A DNA stretch of 64,000 nt from Phyllobates terribilis (taxonomy: Eukaryota): contig NW_027362764.1 of the NCBI RefSeq assembly GCF_046119375.1, positions 59,148,001 to 59,212,000 of the forward strand. Direction: 5' to 3'. The position numbers and the translations under genes were made by a program. Shown piece after piece: positions 36,591 to 49,739 of this stretch. The notes under the pieces were generated by a model that saw only the letters and a list, made by a program, of their open reading frames with translations, ran no database searches and was not told the DNA's origin. Every line of letters begins with the position of its first letter. Position 1 is the stretch's first letter.

Positions 36591-38231
36591 CTCATCAGCA
36601 GGTCAACAAAGGGCAGTCTTTGCTCTCATTTTATATCCGTTCCTCCCGAGTATTTTGTATTTTTATCAAGTTAAATCCACCATACGGTTCCAGTGATATG
36701 GGCTGGCGAAAAACTAGTTAATTTCATCCTGGCGACAGGTCATCTTAAGCATGACTTGCCTAGTAACTATAACTATAACGTAACTATACTGGGTGCACTT
36801 GAGCCCTATAGCCTAAGTGGACTCAATGGGTCCCTTTGACCAATATTAGAAGACCAATAAAATTAAAGACCCATAAGCTTCAAGTTATGCCAATGGCAGC
36901 TTATGTGCCCTGAACAATCTATTACTGACTGTTCTGTGTGCAGCATTAGCGCGGAACACATGTCTGAACCTGCTAATAAATAACCGTCAATCAGCAAAAC
37001 ATGTAGGTGATCGGTGGTTGTATAACATCATTGTAAACGATCCCTTAGGTATTGGCTCATCAGAAAACGACCCACTGTTATAATCAAGTTTTTAGTTGTT
37101 TTTTTATTAAAATTTTTCCTATATCACAATCTATATTAAAACAATAAAAAAATAGAAATATTGCAATTTTGACACTGAGGTTATTCTAGACTCAATACTT
37201 CCTGTTCTTTACAGGAGACTTTTCAGCAATCTCATTATCATCACAGGTGCAATTACATACAGTATTTAATTGCTTTTAATCTGCAGGCTGATCTGATTAA
37301 GGTAATACCAATATTTTTTTTTTATAATTAGAAGAACAATATTTTAAAAAGGATTTTTTTTTTAATAGAAAGGAGAAAGTCAGCTCACCATTTCTGAATA
37401 TACTTCAGCCTCATAGAGAACATTTCCGGTGACCGGTCAGTGCCATTCCAGCAATCCAAGTACGAAAAAACCATAAAAGTGGTCCAACAAAGAAAAAGAA
37501 AAATCCTTCTGTACCCTAAAACGTCATTTATTCTTGCAGATAAAAACTCCCATCATATATGTACACCCCACACATAGATGAACACAGCTTCTCCACGCGT
37601 TTCGGAGTTCAGCCATACTCATGAACATGATGGAGTAGTTATCTGCTTGAAAAGAGGTGAAGTTTTGAGCTAAGGACAGAATTTTTGGACAATTATTTTT
37701 TTTTTTAATATTTGGAATGTTTTTATGTCTCCATATTATAAGAGATTTAACTTCTTTTACTTTTTTTGTCAAAGGAGCTATGTAAGGGCTTGTTTTCTGC
37801 GGGACGAGCTGACGACTTCAATAGTTTTCATTTAGAATACATTTAACATTTCAATCATATTTTATCTATTCGTTTTTAAAAGAGCAAAATGAACAAAAAA
37901 AAACAAACAAAAAAAACAGTCTGAAAGTAAAAAATGAAGGACTCCTAATTTTAGTAATTTTATCACATTTCTTTTGTACAACAGACAAAAAAAAATGTGT
38001 TTGTGATTTTTGCCGTGTTAGTTACTGTCTCAAATGGCTGCGCTCGAGGGACATCAGGGGTTAACATTCGCTGAAGTTACAACTATACAATATGGATCTC
38101 TGGTTAAAAGAAGTTTATGAGAGTTCCAAATATTCTAAACTATAGGAAAGTAATTCCCAACAGAAGTGTTTTACCAGGATCACCAATGAGATCAATTACA
38201 TGAATGTCGATGTAGAGCAATGTGTCCGTAC

Positions 38232-38263
38232 CTCGTCAATGGTGTTCTCGTCTTTCTTCAAAG
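38232..38263 (-). other. Candidate 32-nt coding exon (xLKKDENTIDE)
   Basis: Minus strand ...tttttttgtttttatttacag|CTTTGAAGAAAGACGAGAACACCATTGACGAG|gtacgg. Strong acceptor and donor; only one frame is stop-free. Gene not recognised. Confidence 0.5.
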
Positions 38264-38454
38264 CTGTAAATAAAAACAAAAAAAAAACACGTTAGAAACT
38301 AAGAAATCTTGATGAATATAGAGATACAATCAGCAAAGAATATGAGGGACGCCATATTCTGCTAACTTAGTATTCCCTCTATAAGGCAGAGTTATATACA
38401 AAATATTACACGGCAATCATTGAAGTCGATGATCTCTATGTGACATGTTCTTAA

Positions 38455-38906
38455 AGGGATTTTCTCATCTTCATAGATGGATATTTTTGATAGAGCTTGT
38501 AAAAACAAGCAGATTTGCAATTTACTCCTTATTAAAATTTGCAGGCGTTCTTGAAATATTCATATTATTCTTTTGTTTACAGCTTGTTTCCTTGGATACC
38601 GACCACCTCTGCTTTCTTGATTGCAAACACTGCCATGAAGTTGGTCAGGATTAGGATGCATCCGCACGCTTCAGCGATCCTGGTGTGCTTCAAAATAGTG
38701 TTTTCAAGCTCAGTAGAAAGAAGCTTGTAAGCACTGTGCATGTTGTGCTGTCCAGCAGCAGTGGTCGGTCTCCAAGGCAACAAGCTGTAAAAGAAAAATG
38801 TGAATATCTCAAAAATAGTTGGAAATTTTAATAAGCAGTAAATTGCAAAATTGCTTGCATTTTCAAGCCCGATCTGACAATCTATATCTATGAAGGGAAT
38901 AACCCT
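38455..38906. mobile_element. T2/Kolobok-type MITE
   Basis: Starts after TTAA with aggga...; inverted arms include ttacagcttgtttccttggataccgaccac / gtggtcggtctccaaggcaacaagctgtaa. Confidence 0.7.
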
Positions 38907-39856
38907 TTATTAAAGGGGATACTCAGCCAGGAGACCTCTTTGTAATACAAGGATGAGCTGTCCACAGAATAAAACTCTTGAAATTAAATTTCAGAATAAA
39001 TAGTTTGTTAACTCAGCTGGTCAAGTAGCTGATATAATATTCCATGGTCACCCATGTTATAAATCAGGTGTGTAACACATTTGGCGTAAGTAGTAAGAGG
39101 GCTCCTGGCACATGCGCAAATGTATCCAATGGACCATATTTATCCAAAAGAGAGTGGCCTATCATAATTGCTCTTAAACTCATGGGGTCCTGATACCGGC
39201 CCCTTCAGGACGATGCATATGGTGTGCCAAAAACTGAAGAAGCCTTGGGTGTGTTGTGGAGTAGTAAATAAGTGAATAAATAAGGGGATCAGAGTGAGGT
39301 CTGAATTTAGGACTGTCATGCTTCCGGATTCGAACCCTTGATTCTGTGGTCGGCGTCTCTTTCCGCTGAGCCATAACTGATACACCTTTTTTTGGGTGTT
39401 TTAGTTCTGTTATCTTTGTTTCTGTCAGTTTTGGGTAACAGGTGTTTTTAATTTACTCTGTTTGTCTGTCCTATCACCTTTCGGGTACAGATTTAAATAC
39501 CTTTCCCTACTAGTGTATCCTGTTGGTGATAGGCAAAGTCTATGTGCCCACGATGCAGAAATTCTCAGGATTTTTTCCTGAGCGTTTCTGCATCTCCCTG
39601 ACAGAAAAAAACGCATGCGGATTGTACATGCGGATTGTACATGCGGATTGTACATTCGTTTTTCCTGCCAGGGACATGCGGATGTGAAGCGTTCTTCACT
39701 TGCATTTCCGTACGCGGATTGACAAGAGCTTTCCAAGCGATTTTAGCGTCACTTGGAAAGTGCTTGTCAACTTGGTCACACTATATAAATCCATGCAAAC
39801 TGCATGGATTTATATAGTGTGACCCGAGAGAATGTATAAAAATAAAAAAATATATA

Positions 39857-41478
39857 CAGTACAGACCAAAAGTTTGGACACACCTTCTCATTTAAAGATT
39901 TTTCTGTATTTTCATGCCTATGAAAATTGTACATTCACAATGAAGGCATCAAAACTATGAATTAACACATGTGGAATTATATACTTAACAAAAAAGTGTG
40001 AAACAACTGAAAATATGTCTTATATTCTAGGTTCTTCAAAGTAGCCACCTTTTGCTTTGATGACTGCTTTGCACACTCTTGGCATTCTCTTGATGAGCTT
40101 CAAGAGGTAGTCACCGGAAATGGTCTTCCAACAATCTTGAAGGAGTTCCCAGAGATGCTTAGCACTTTTTGTCCCTTTTGCCTTCACTCTGCGGTCCAGC
40201 TCACCCCAAACCATCTCGATTGGGTTCAGGTCTGGTGACTGTGGAGGCCAGGTCATCTGGCATAGCACCCCATCACTCTCTTTCTTGGTCAAATAGCCCT
40301 TACATGGCCTGGAGGTGTGTTTGGGGTCATTATCCTGTTGAAAAATAAATGATGGTCCAACTAAACGCAAACCGGATGGAATAGCATGCCGCTGCAAGAT
40401 GCTGTGGTAGCCATGCTGGTTCAGTATGCCTTCAATTTTGAATAAATCCCCAACAGTGTCACCAGCAAAGCACCATCACACCTCCTCCTCCATGCTTCAC
40501 GGTGGGAACCAGGCATGTAGAGTCCATCCGTTCACCTTTTCTGCGTCGCACAAAGACACTGTGGTTGGAACCAAAGTTCTCAAATTTGGACTCATCAGAC
40601 CAAAGCACAGATTTCCACTGGTCTAATGTCCATTCCTTGTGTTCTTTAGCCCAAACAAGTCTCTTCTGCTTGTTGTCTGTCTTTAGGAGTGGTTTTCTAG
40701 CATCTATTTTACCATGAAGGCCTGCTGCACAAAGTCTCCTCTTAACAGTTGTTGTAGAGATATGTCTGCTGCTAGAACTCTGTGTGGCATTGACCTGGTC
40801 TCTAATCTGAGCTGCTGTTAACCTGCGATTTCTGAGGCTGGTGACTCGGATAAACTTATCCTCAGAAGCAGAGGTGACTCTTGGTCTTCCTTTCCTGGGG
40901 CGGTCCTCATGTGAGCCAGTTTCTTTGTAGCGCTTGATGGTTTTTGCAACTGCACTTGGGGACACTTTCAAAGTTTGCCCAATTTTTCTCACTGACTGAC
41001 CTTCATTTCTTAAAGTAATAATGGCCACTCAATTTTCTTTACGTAGCTGCTTTTTTCTTGCTATAATACAAATTCTAACAGTCTATTCAGTAGGACTATC
41101 AGCTGTGTATCCACCAGACTTCTGCACAACACAACTGATGGTCCCAATCCCATTCATAAGGCAAGAAATCCCACTTATTAAACCTGACAGGGCACACCTG
41201 TGAAGTGAAAACCATTTCCGGTGACTACCTCTTGAAGCTCATCAAGAGAATGCCAAGAGTGTGCAAAGCAGTCATCAAAGCAAAAGGTGGCTACTTTGAA
41301 GAACCTAGAATATAAGACATTTTTTCAGTTGTTTCACACTTTTTTGTTAACTATATAATTCCACATGTGTTAATTCATAGTTTTGATGCCTTCAGTGTAA
41401 ATGTACAATTTTCATAGTCATGAAAATACAGAAAAATCTTTAAATGAGAAGGTGTGTCCAAACTTTTGGTCTGTACTG
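39857..41478 (-). mobile_element. Tc1-like DD38E (Intruder-type) transposon, near full length
   Basis: TA TSDs; TIRs of about 268 bp (39857-40124, 41211-41478) beginning cagtacagaccaaaagtttggacac. QDNDPKH...SPDLNPIE has 38 residues between D and E. Confidence 0.92.
40020..41028 (-). pseudogene. DD38E transposase, frameshifted by a small deletion after KHGGGGVMV
   Basis: ORF 40459-41028 holds the HTH region and WSDESK; ORF 40020-40397 holds QDND and PIE, in a different frame. Confidence 0.88.
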
Positions 41479-44272
41479 TATATACTTACCCTCCGATGGC
41501 CCGCGCTGTCTTGCTTCACTCCGTCCTGGCTACCAGCAGATCGCTGTACACTGAAGGACCTGCCGACGTCAGCGTCGCGTGAACCGTCACATGACTGACG
41601 TCAGCGCAGGTCCTTCATTCCATCGCGAAGTGCTGGGAAGCAAGGAGGAGCGCACCGCGGGCCGCCCGAAGGTAAGTATACATTTATTTTTTATTTTATT
41701 CTTTTTTTACAGCTTTTTTAATGGTACCTGGGTGTGGAGGAGACTCTCCTCTCCTCCACACCCGGGTACCATCCGCATATTAGAACACGCCAATTACGCA
41801 AGTACAGATGCAGTTTTGCGGAATTGGCGCGTTCTAATGCAAGTCAATGGCGGCGAAAACGCAGCGCTTCCGCAAAATTATTGGTAGTGCTGCGTTTTTT
41901 TCCACAATGATAATTCGCAGCGGAAACTTCCGCAGCATGTGCACAGCACATGCGGATTATCATTGGGGAACATGGCAGGCCTTTTACCAAGCGTTTTTTT
42001 TAAGCGTTTCTACAGCGTTTTTGCCGCTGCGGAAACGCTTAAAAAACACATCGTGGCGGCACACAGCCTTTGTTGGATTCATTCACTTTTCTGTAGTTTG
42101 TGTTCGTTGCAGTAGTTTTGTGTGTGTTTCCTTTATTTATTAGGGAACTGTTACTCTAGCGATCCTAGGAGCTGCTAAGGACATTCAGGCATCGAGTGGG
42201 GGCGCCATTACGTTATCTTAGGTTGCCAACCTCCGCGGTCAGGCAGAGACTGAACAGGGTCAGAGAAGGGTTTTTTCCTAGTCTGAACAGGGACCTGTGA
42301 GGTTAAGGTATTTGTCTTCCTGGTTTACACATTACCTGTATGAATGTGCTTTGGCAGTCATAAGGACACGATTAATTATTGCATTAGTACCTAGCTTTTG
42401 GCGCTTTTCAAATGTTTTTTCATTTGTGCCAAATTTATCTTTTAATTTGCTCCTTTATAGGTGTTCTCCTGGTTTTTTTTTTTATGTTGCAGGGGTGTCC
42501 AGATGTTTTTTTTGGCAGATTAATTGTAAATTTAAAAACAAAACACAAAATTTGGCACAAATATAATCCATCCCCATGCAGTAATTTTATATTCAGCAGT
42601 TATTCTCACGCAAATTTTGCACCATTTAGCCAAAAGTGTGACAAATCAAAGACAAAAATAAAGCGCATTTTCAATTTCGAGCAATATTGATGAACAGTTT
42701 GTACAATTTGGCGCCACGAATGACAATGAATACAACAGGGCAAAAAAATGAGACGTAAAAAAAAACGCTAATGATTAATTAAGCCTTTATTTGGAAAAGG
42801 CTAGAGGAGGGCGTGCAAACATTTAGTATGGGGGTCCAGAAGTTTCGAGTTATACTCCTATTCAAAACAAACTCGCCAACTTTTAGACAAGCACTTCCAA
42901 GTGGATAAAGAAAATGGTGAGGAAGCAATGTTGACCCTATATTTTCTCCATGTCTCACTATCCTGAATCACTTTCCTACTGGGAGATTTAGGGTGGGATT
43001 CAGAAGAGCCTAGAAGATTTGTTCCCGCTTCAGTAGGTCCCCCTTTTACTAGGAACCTGGTCTTACATGGACGGACCAGGCCTTCGAAATCCAGGGATGC
43101 CGCTTGTTAGCAGGTCTTTTCTTTAATTGAGGCTGTATTCACACATTGCAGCCGCGGTGCGTTTCATCGCTGTGCATTTTTTGACTAATGCATGTTAAAA
43201 AATCAGCATTAATGTCGCAATTTCTACTTCTTGAATTATCCAATAATCTAGAATCTATCATAATCTGGCCATGAAAGTGTTAAAACTTTCTATATAAATG
43301 CCATTTTCAAGAGCTGATGCTGATTATGAATGTATCCGCAGATCATGGGACACAACGCAGACGATTTGGTGGATGCATTAGCGTTACAGAAAACAGTTGT
43401 GATGGTCATGACATTGATGCTGCTGGGTCACATGACCCGACTGCGGGAGATTTTTTTTTTTTTCCGAAGTGTATCGGTATTGTGAACCAGCCCTGACCAT
43501 TACAGAGCTATGGACGGCTTTTAAAGTGCACCGATCAATATCTGCATTAACTTGCAATTAGGGATGTTGGAGTTTACTGCTTAGTGTGTCAGATGAATAA
43601 ATGATACATCGCACATTACTCTGGACATGCCGAACACTGAAACTTCACCGTGTTTAATCGGTTACGGTACAGCACGTGTTTATTTATTCAGGATTGTGAA
43701 CCAGATACATAAGATTTATTTATTTTCCCTTTATAGGGGGCTATAAATATTCAGAACTAATGGGAAATCTCAAATCCATAGTGCGCAATTTTGAAGTATG
43801 AAATATTAAAGAGTTTCCCTTTAAGTCCATAAATCATCATCTTCTGTCAAGTTAATAAAAGTTTTGTTCAGCTGTTTCTCAAAACTGAGAAAGTTGAGAG
43901 ACATCTGTGCCATCATAATTGGTTGTCATTTACCTTTCCTGCAGTTTTGAACTGCAAATATATATTTACCCATGGCAGTACAAAGGCTGCTACACAGGAT
44001 GCATTACTGATCCTGTACTGATACCGGGTAACATCCTGTATTATACTCCAGAGCTGCACTCACTATTCCGCTGGTGCAGTCACTGTGTACATACATTACA
44101 TTACTGATCCTGTACTGATCCTGAGTTACATCCTGTATTATACTCCAGAGCTGCACTCACTATTCTGCTGGTGGAGTCACTGTGTACATACATTACATTA
44201 CTGATCCTGAGTTACATCCTGTATTATACTCCAGAGCTGCACTCACTATTCTGCTGGTGCAGTCACTGTGTA

Positions 44273-45463
44273 CCGTATTTTTCGGACCATAAGACGCACA
44301 TTTTTACTCCAAAATTTGGGAGGAAAATGGGGGGTGCGTCTTATGGTCTGAATGTTGGGGGGGGGGGGTGTATATTTGTGTGTGGTATGGGGGGAGCGGT
44401 ATCGGTGGAGGAGCAGGGCACAGGAGGCAGCAGCCGCCAGCTGCAGCCTACACTGTCCCCGCTGCTAAAGAAAATGAATATTCACTGCTCCCCACGCCCA
44501 TGGGGGGCGTGGGGAGCACTGAATATTCATGCTCCTTAATAGCGGTATACAGTGTAGCCGCGCTGCGGCTGCTGCCGGCTATCTCCTGTGCCCGCTCATT
44601 AAAGGGCATGAATATTCACCCCCTCCCCACGCCAAGGGGTGAATATTCATGCCCTTTAATGAGCGGGCACAGGAGATAGCCGGCAGCAGCAGCAGCCGCA
44701 GCGCGGCTCCGCTGTGTGCCGGCTATGAAGGAGAGTGAAGTCACTGCTCCCCGCGCACACAGACCCGGCGTGGGGAGCAGTGACTTCCGGCAGCTGATCT
44801 CTCCTTGTGAGCCGCGCATGGCAGTGACGTCATGCGCAGCTCACATGGAGAGATCAGTGCGGGCAGACCGGACGCAGCGCTGGAGGAGAGAAGAAAGGTG
44901 AGTAGGAGTGTTTATTTTTTTTAATGTGCAGCCTGTTGGGGGTTAGGGGGACCATGCATACTAGGACAGGGATTAGGGGTGCCATGCATACCAGGACAGG
45001 GATTAGGGGTGCCATGCATACCAGGACAGGGATTAGAGGTGCCATGCATACCAGGACAGGGATTAGGAGTGCCATGCATACCAGGACAGGGATGAGGGGT
45101 GCCATGCATACCAGGACAGGGATGAGGGGTGCCATGCATACCAGGACAGGGATGAGGGGTGCCATGCATACCAGGACAGGGATGAGGGGTGCCATGCATA
45201 CCAGGATGGAGGGATGCCAGGCATACCAGGATGGGGATGGGGACCACATATAAAAGAAAGGGGGGCGGCATATATACCAGGATGGGGGATATTGTCAGAA
45301 TTGGGGGACATTACCCCTATACCAGTGTCAGCAAAAGACCCCCTCCCCCTTAAAAGTGCATCATGACCACATTTTTTGCTTACATTTTTATTTTTTTATT
45401 TTCCTCCTCTAAAACCTAGGTGCGTCTTATGGTCCGATGCGTCTTATAGTCCGAAAAATACGG
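44273..45463. mobile_element. pogo/Tc2-like non-autonomous DNA transposon
   Basis: TIRs ccgtatttttcggaccataagacgca / tgcgtcttatagtccgaaaaatacgg; TA TSD at 44271-44272 and 45464-45465. Confidence 0.85.
44943..45205. repeat. 30-bp tandem repeat, about 9 copies (ggggtgccatgcataccaggacagggat[tg]a)
   Basis: Directly visible inside the pogo-like element; explains the 10-aa-periodic ORFs. Confidence 0.9.
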
Positions 45464-45822
45464 TACATACATTACATTACTGATCCTGTACTGATCCTGA
45501 GTTACATCCTGTATTATACCCCAGAGCTGCACTCACTATTCTGCTGGTGCAGTCACTGTCTACACACATTACTTTACCCTTTATTGAGCCAATGTTATCA
45601 CCTGTATTATATTCCAGAGCTGCACTCACTATGCTGCTGGAAACAGGCTCTCCAACTGAGTGGATATATTCTCAATAGAGAGAACATGGGGTAAGGCATG
45701 TAGAAATCCAACATGTTCAGTCCTCCGTTTCACTAGCATTTTCTGTCGGGGGAGAGTCAGGACACCCCCATGCACACTAGATAGGCAGCAGGTTGGCCGA
45801 TGTTCATCCTGTTGTATGGAAG

Positions 45823-46831
45823 TGTGGCACCCCAGGGGTCTGGTTACCACAGTAATAGAAATATTATGTCTGAGAGCAAGTGGGAGGTTTCTCTGGTCAG
45901 GAGCCCTAAGCATGCAACACGGCCCACCCAGACCTGGGAGGGGAGGAATCTGCCCTTATAAACTGGGTCTGGGGCGGGATTAGTGCAAACAGAGCCTGCA
46001 GAACAAGCAGAGCAGTCAGAGCCTGGAGTGAAGTTCCAGACACAGGGAGAGTTACAACAGGAGCTCAGTAGGAGCAGGAGCGAGTGCCAGAGGCTGGAAG
46101 CTAGAAAGCTCGCCTTGGCCGAAGACACTAAACCCGGACACGGAGTCCGAGGCTGTGGGGACATCCAGGTCCAGCAGCAGAATCCAACCGGCAGGGGATT
46201 CCATGTCCTCTGGCCTTAGAAGCCCGGAGGCACGGTCACAAGCAAGGGACCAGCACCGCCATCGTGAAGCGGAGGCTAACGGAAGGCCCCAAGTCACCGG
46301 CCATACGGGTGAGCACCACACGGTATACTCAGGGACGTGGGCTACTTCTATCCGCATAGAGCAAGGTAGCCAGGAAAGAGTGCAGATAGTCGGGGAGGCC
46401 TACAACTCCACCTGGCCAGGGGAGATCCTGCTTGCTCACAGACTGACCAGGCCTCTACTGCTAACCAGTACTCCCGGGAGGGTCTGCTTTATAACATCAG
46501 TAAAGACCCTGAACTGCACCACACGTCTCTGTGTTTCATCGCCGCACCAGCACCATTACTACTGGGACGCTCACACCTTCACTCCCATCATCCACACTAT
46601 TATTCCATACTCGGCTGCGCAAATTACATCAGCCTCAGCGGTCTGCAGCGCAGCGGCGGTCCCCACTAACCGCAATCCACGGGTGGCGTAGTCGGACATT
46701 GTTATTACTTAAGACTGCCACTGGTTTGACCGCCCTGGGCACGGACCGGGTCACCGCCACGGAGGACTACAACCCCCAGAGATCCGGCTCCGGGTATCCC
46801 CCTGCACAGCACAGGCCCAGGGGGCGCGTCA
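45823..46831 (+). mobile_element. Solo LTR (1009 bp) of the tRNA-Ser element family
   Basis: tgtggcacccc...gcgcgtca; 4-bp TSD GAAG (45819-45822, 46832-46835). Confidence 0.9.
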
Positions 46832-48175
46832 GAAGCAGCCTATTAAAAGGGTTTGGTCAATAATGTGGAAAAAGGACTTTTAGACACAGATAATGACAAG
46901 ACATCAATCTAATGTGTAAATCCTGTGTAATCAGTGCGGGTTACTGTACTCCATAAATGAATGTAATCCATGTAAGGTCACAGCTGATTCCTCATTGCAG
47001 CCGTATCACTGCATTGTTCATGGTCTCAGCAGGACCCGATAATGGATGACGTGTGGTCCCACTGAGACTTTACTACAAGCCTGACACCATGAAGGATGCC
47101 GCGCTGCTCATGTGTCACGTTACATTCTACACACTGGAAGAAAACAAATGTTTCCCTTGTATATCAATGTCCAAGCATTAAAGGGGTTTTCCATCAATAC
47201 ATTTTTTAACCTTATCGGCTTGCTATAAATAAAATAAAATCAGCTATACTGACCAACCCCTGCTCCAACGCCAACTCTCCACCGCTGCTAACGATCTCTG
47301 TTGACCGGCTGCAGTGATGACATCATGACACCACTGTATGTGACCGCTGCTGCCAATCACTTGGCTCAACAGTTATACTGATGTTGTCGGCTTGAGGCTG
47401 CTAAACCCTCAATTTATGAGCAATTTTTCCATAGATTGGAGAGATTTTTCAGGGGTAAAAAAAACAAAGTGCTGACCACCAAGTGCTTTCTGTATAACTG
47501 TCTACTGCCAGTTGACAGTCTACAGAAAGCCGGGGGCCACTCTTTGACCCTCTACAGAAAGCTGGGAAGGGGCCCGCTCTTTGACCCTCTACAGAAAGCC
47601 GGGGGGATGCTCTTTGACCCTCAACAGAAAGCCGGGGGGCCGCTCTTTGACCCTCTACAGAAAGCCTGACACCCAGCTTCTGCTCTCATGTCTGTCAAAC
47701 TGCATACAAACATAACAGAGAAGGGGCTTCCAGTTGTGGATAGGCAATCCATTGTACAATGATAGAGGCACTGCATGCCGAGAAGAGAGGGTATGGAAGT
47801 TACAGCACCTATGGTGCTGGCAGAAGGCTAATGGAGAATAACCACTCACTTAAAAAGTTTAGATGGCAAGTTACAGAGTATTCGAATCAGGACAGTTCCT
47901 GGACATACTAGACTGACATGTGAACCAAAAGAAATGTTAAAGGGGTTGTCCGACGAAAACACCTCTCAACAGCATTGGCGATAACATGTTTATCAGTGGG
48001 GTCTGACCCCTGGGACCTGCAGTTTTCTCTCAGTTAGAAGCACATGCTCGACTCCCGCTAGATTCCTTCTCTATGGGACCGTCTTGCTCTGTGCTCTGAT
48101 TTTTACCGAAGCCCTATAGAGAATGAATGGAGCGGCATTTGGGCATCTGACCTGTTGCTCTACTTTGTAACAGAG

Positions 48176-49739
48176 TGTCACGCAGGGTGTGGGAAAGACT
48201 TAGTGAAACACAAAAGGGAAGAGGGAAAGGGAGCCCAGACTCTAGGGAAAGGGGCCTAGTCAGACTGGCTGATCTAATATCACCCTGTCTCCACTAACGT
48301 CCCTATATTGGTTCTTCACCAATATAAGTGTGGCACCCCAGGGGTCTGGTTTCCACAGTAACAGCAATGTTATGTCTGAGAGCAGGTGGGAGGTCTCTTG
48401 GTCAGGGATCCTATGCATGCCACACCTCCTGCCCAGTCCTGGGAGGGGAAGAACTTCCCCTATATAAACCTAGGGCTGAGGCAGGGTTAGTGTGTAGAGA
48501 AGAAGTAGAGAAGAGAAGCAGATATAGGAAAAGAACATCAGGAGCTCTGTGGGAGCAGTGCTATAAGGAGTCAGGGGCTGGCAGCTGCAGAGCTCGCCCT
48601 GACTGGGAAGCTATCACCGGACCCGGAGTCCGAGGCTGTGGGGACTAACTTCTACCCAGCAGCAGAAACCGACCGGCAGGGGATTTCAGGTCCTCCGGCC
48701 AAGAAACCCGAAGGCACGGTCACACGCGTGGGACCAGCACCGCCGTCGTGGAGCGGAAGCTACTAGAAGGCCCCGAGTCACCGGCCATACGGGTGAGCAC
48801 CACACGGTACACTCAGGGACGTGGGCTACTTATACCCGCCTCTAGCAAGGTAGCCAGAAGAGTACAGTCAGTTTGGGAGGCCTACAACTCCGCCTGGCCA
48901 GGGGAGATCCCATCTGCTCAAGGACTGACCAGGCCCCGATCGCTAGCCAGTACTCCGGGAGGGTCTATCTTTATCACCAGTAAAGACCCTGAACTACACC
49001 GCATCGTCTCTGAGTGATTCCTGCTACCCCCATCATCCACGTCGGCTGCCCTGAGGCCATACCCCTCCCGTTGGGGGTGATACTATCACGCTGCACAATC
49101 CTACCACCGGCCTCAGCGGTCTGCCCTGCAGCGGCAGCTCCTTCGCTGCATTCAACGGGTGGCGTAGTCATCCAACATCTACCGCTAATACAACGCCACT
49201 TAGTCTGACTCCCTGGGCACGGACCGGGTCACCGCCACGAGACTACAACCCTCAACAGATCCGGCTCCGGGTAAGCTCCTGCATGCGCAACGCTGTGCGA
49301 CACAGGCCCAGGGGTGCGTCATAAGCATGCAAACCTCGCCCTGTCTTTCCCTGGTGTTTGGCCCTGGCTAGGCAAGGAAGGGGATGAGCGCTAGTCAATC
49401 CCCACTGACAACTAAGGACAACAATGGGGGAAGCAAGGGAAGATAGCTTAGCTTTTAGTCGACTTCAGAGAGATGAACACACGTCCTCATAGCACCAGAG
49501 AGGAAGAAATACTGCACTTGCTCTGAGCCTTCACAAGGGGTAACGTGAGTATCGAAGGCACCTCCCTCTGGCACACAGCAGGTATTTATACACCCAGGCC
49601 AGGCTGTTAATTAACCTTAGGAAGGTAGCCGCTGGGTCCTAAAGAGACAGCTTCTAAGAAGTTGTCTGTAATGCCAAACGAAGAGCTCTCCTGCAACCAA
49701 CTCCAGGGCAACTGTGTCACTTCCGACACACCCGTGACA
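48176..49739 (-). mobile_element. Solo LTR of the tgtcacg family (567 bp net), interrupted
   Basis: TSD CAGAG (48171-48175, 49740-49744); homologous to 27897-28474. Confidence 0.88.
48329..49321 (+). mobile_element. Solo LTR (993 bp) of the tRNA-Ser element family, nested in another solo LTR
   Basis: tgtggcacccc...gtgcgtca; TSD TAAG (48325-48328, 49322-49325). Confidence 0.9.

Larger units (their letters stand above)
44003..45640. repeat. Minisatellite (ttactgatcctgtactgatcctgagttacatcctgtattatactccagagctgcactcactattc...) split by a DNA transposon
   Basis: Units at 44003-44272 resume at 45464 and rejoin as gtcactgtg-TA-catacattac. Confidence 0.8.

Noticed and set aside
38577-38783. Apparent exons/ORFs with strong acceptors on both strands
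   Set aside because: The acceptors are the two arms of a palindromic MITE (38455-38906).
39317-39385. Functional tRNA gene
   Set aside because: Box spacing is too short and a cloverleaf cannot be formed.
44854-45311. 10-aa-periodic ORFs (MHGTPHPCPG etc.)
   Set aside because: Translations of the 30-bp tandem repeat inside a non-autonomous transposon.
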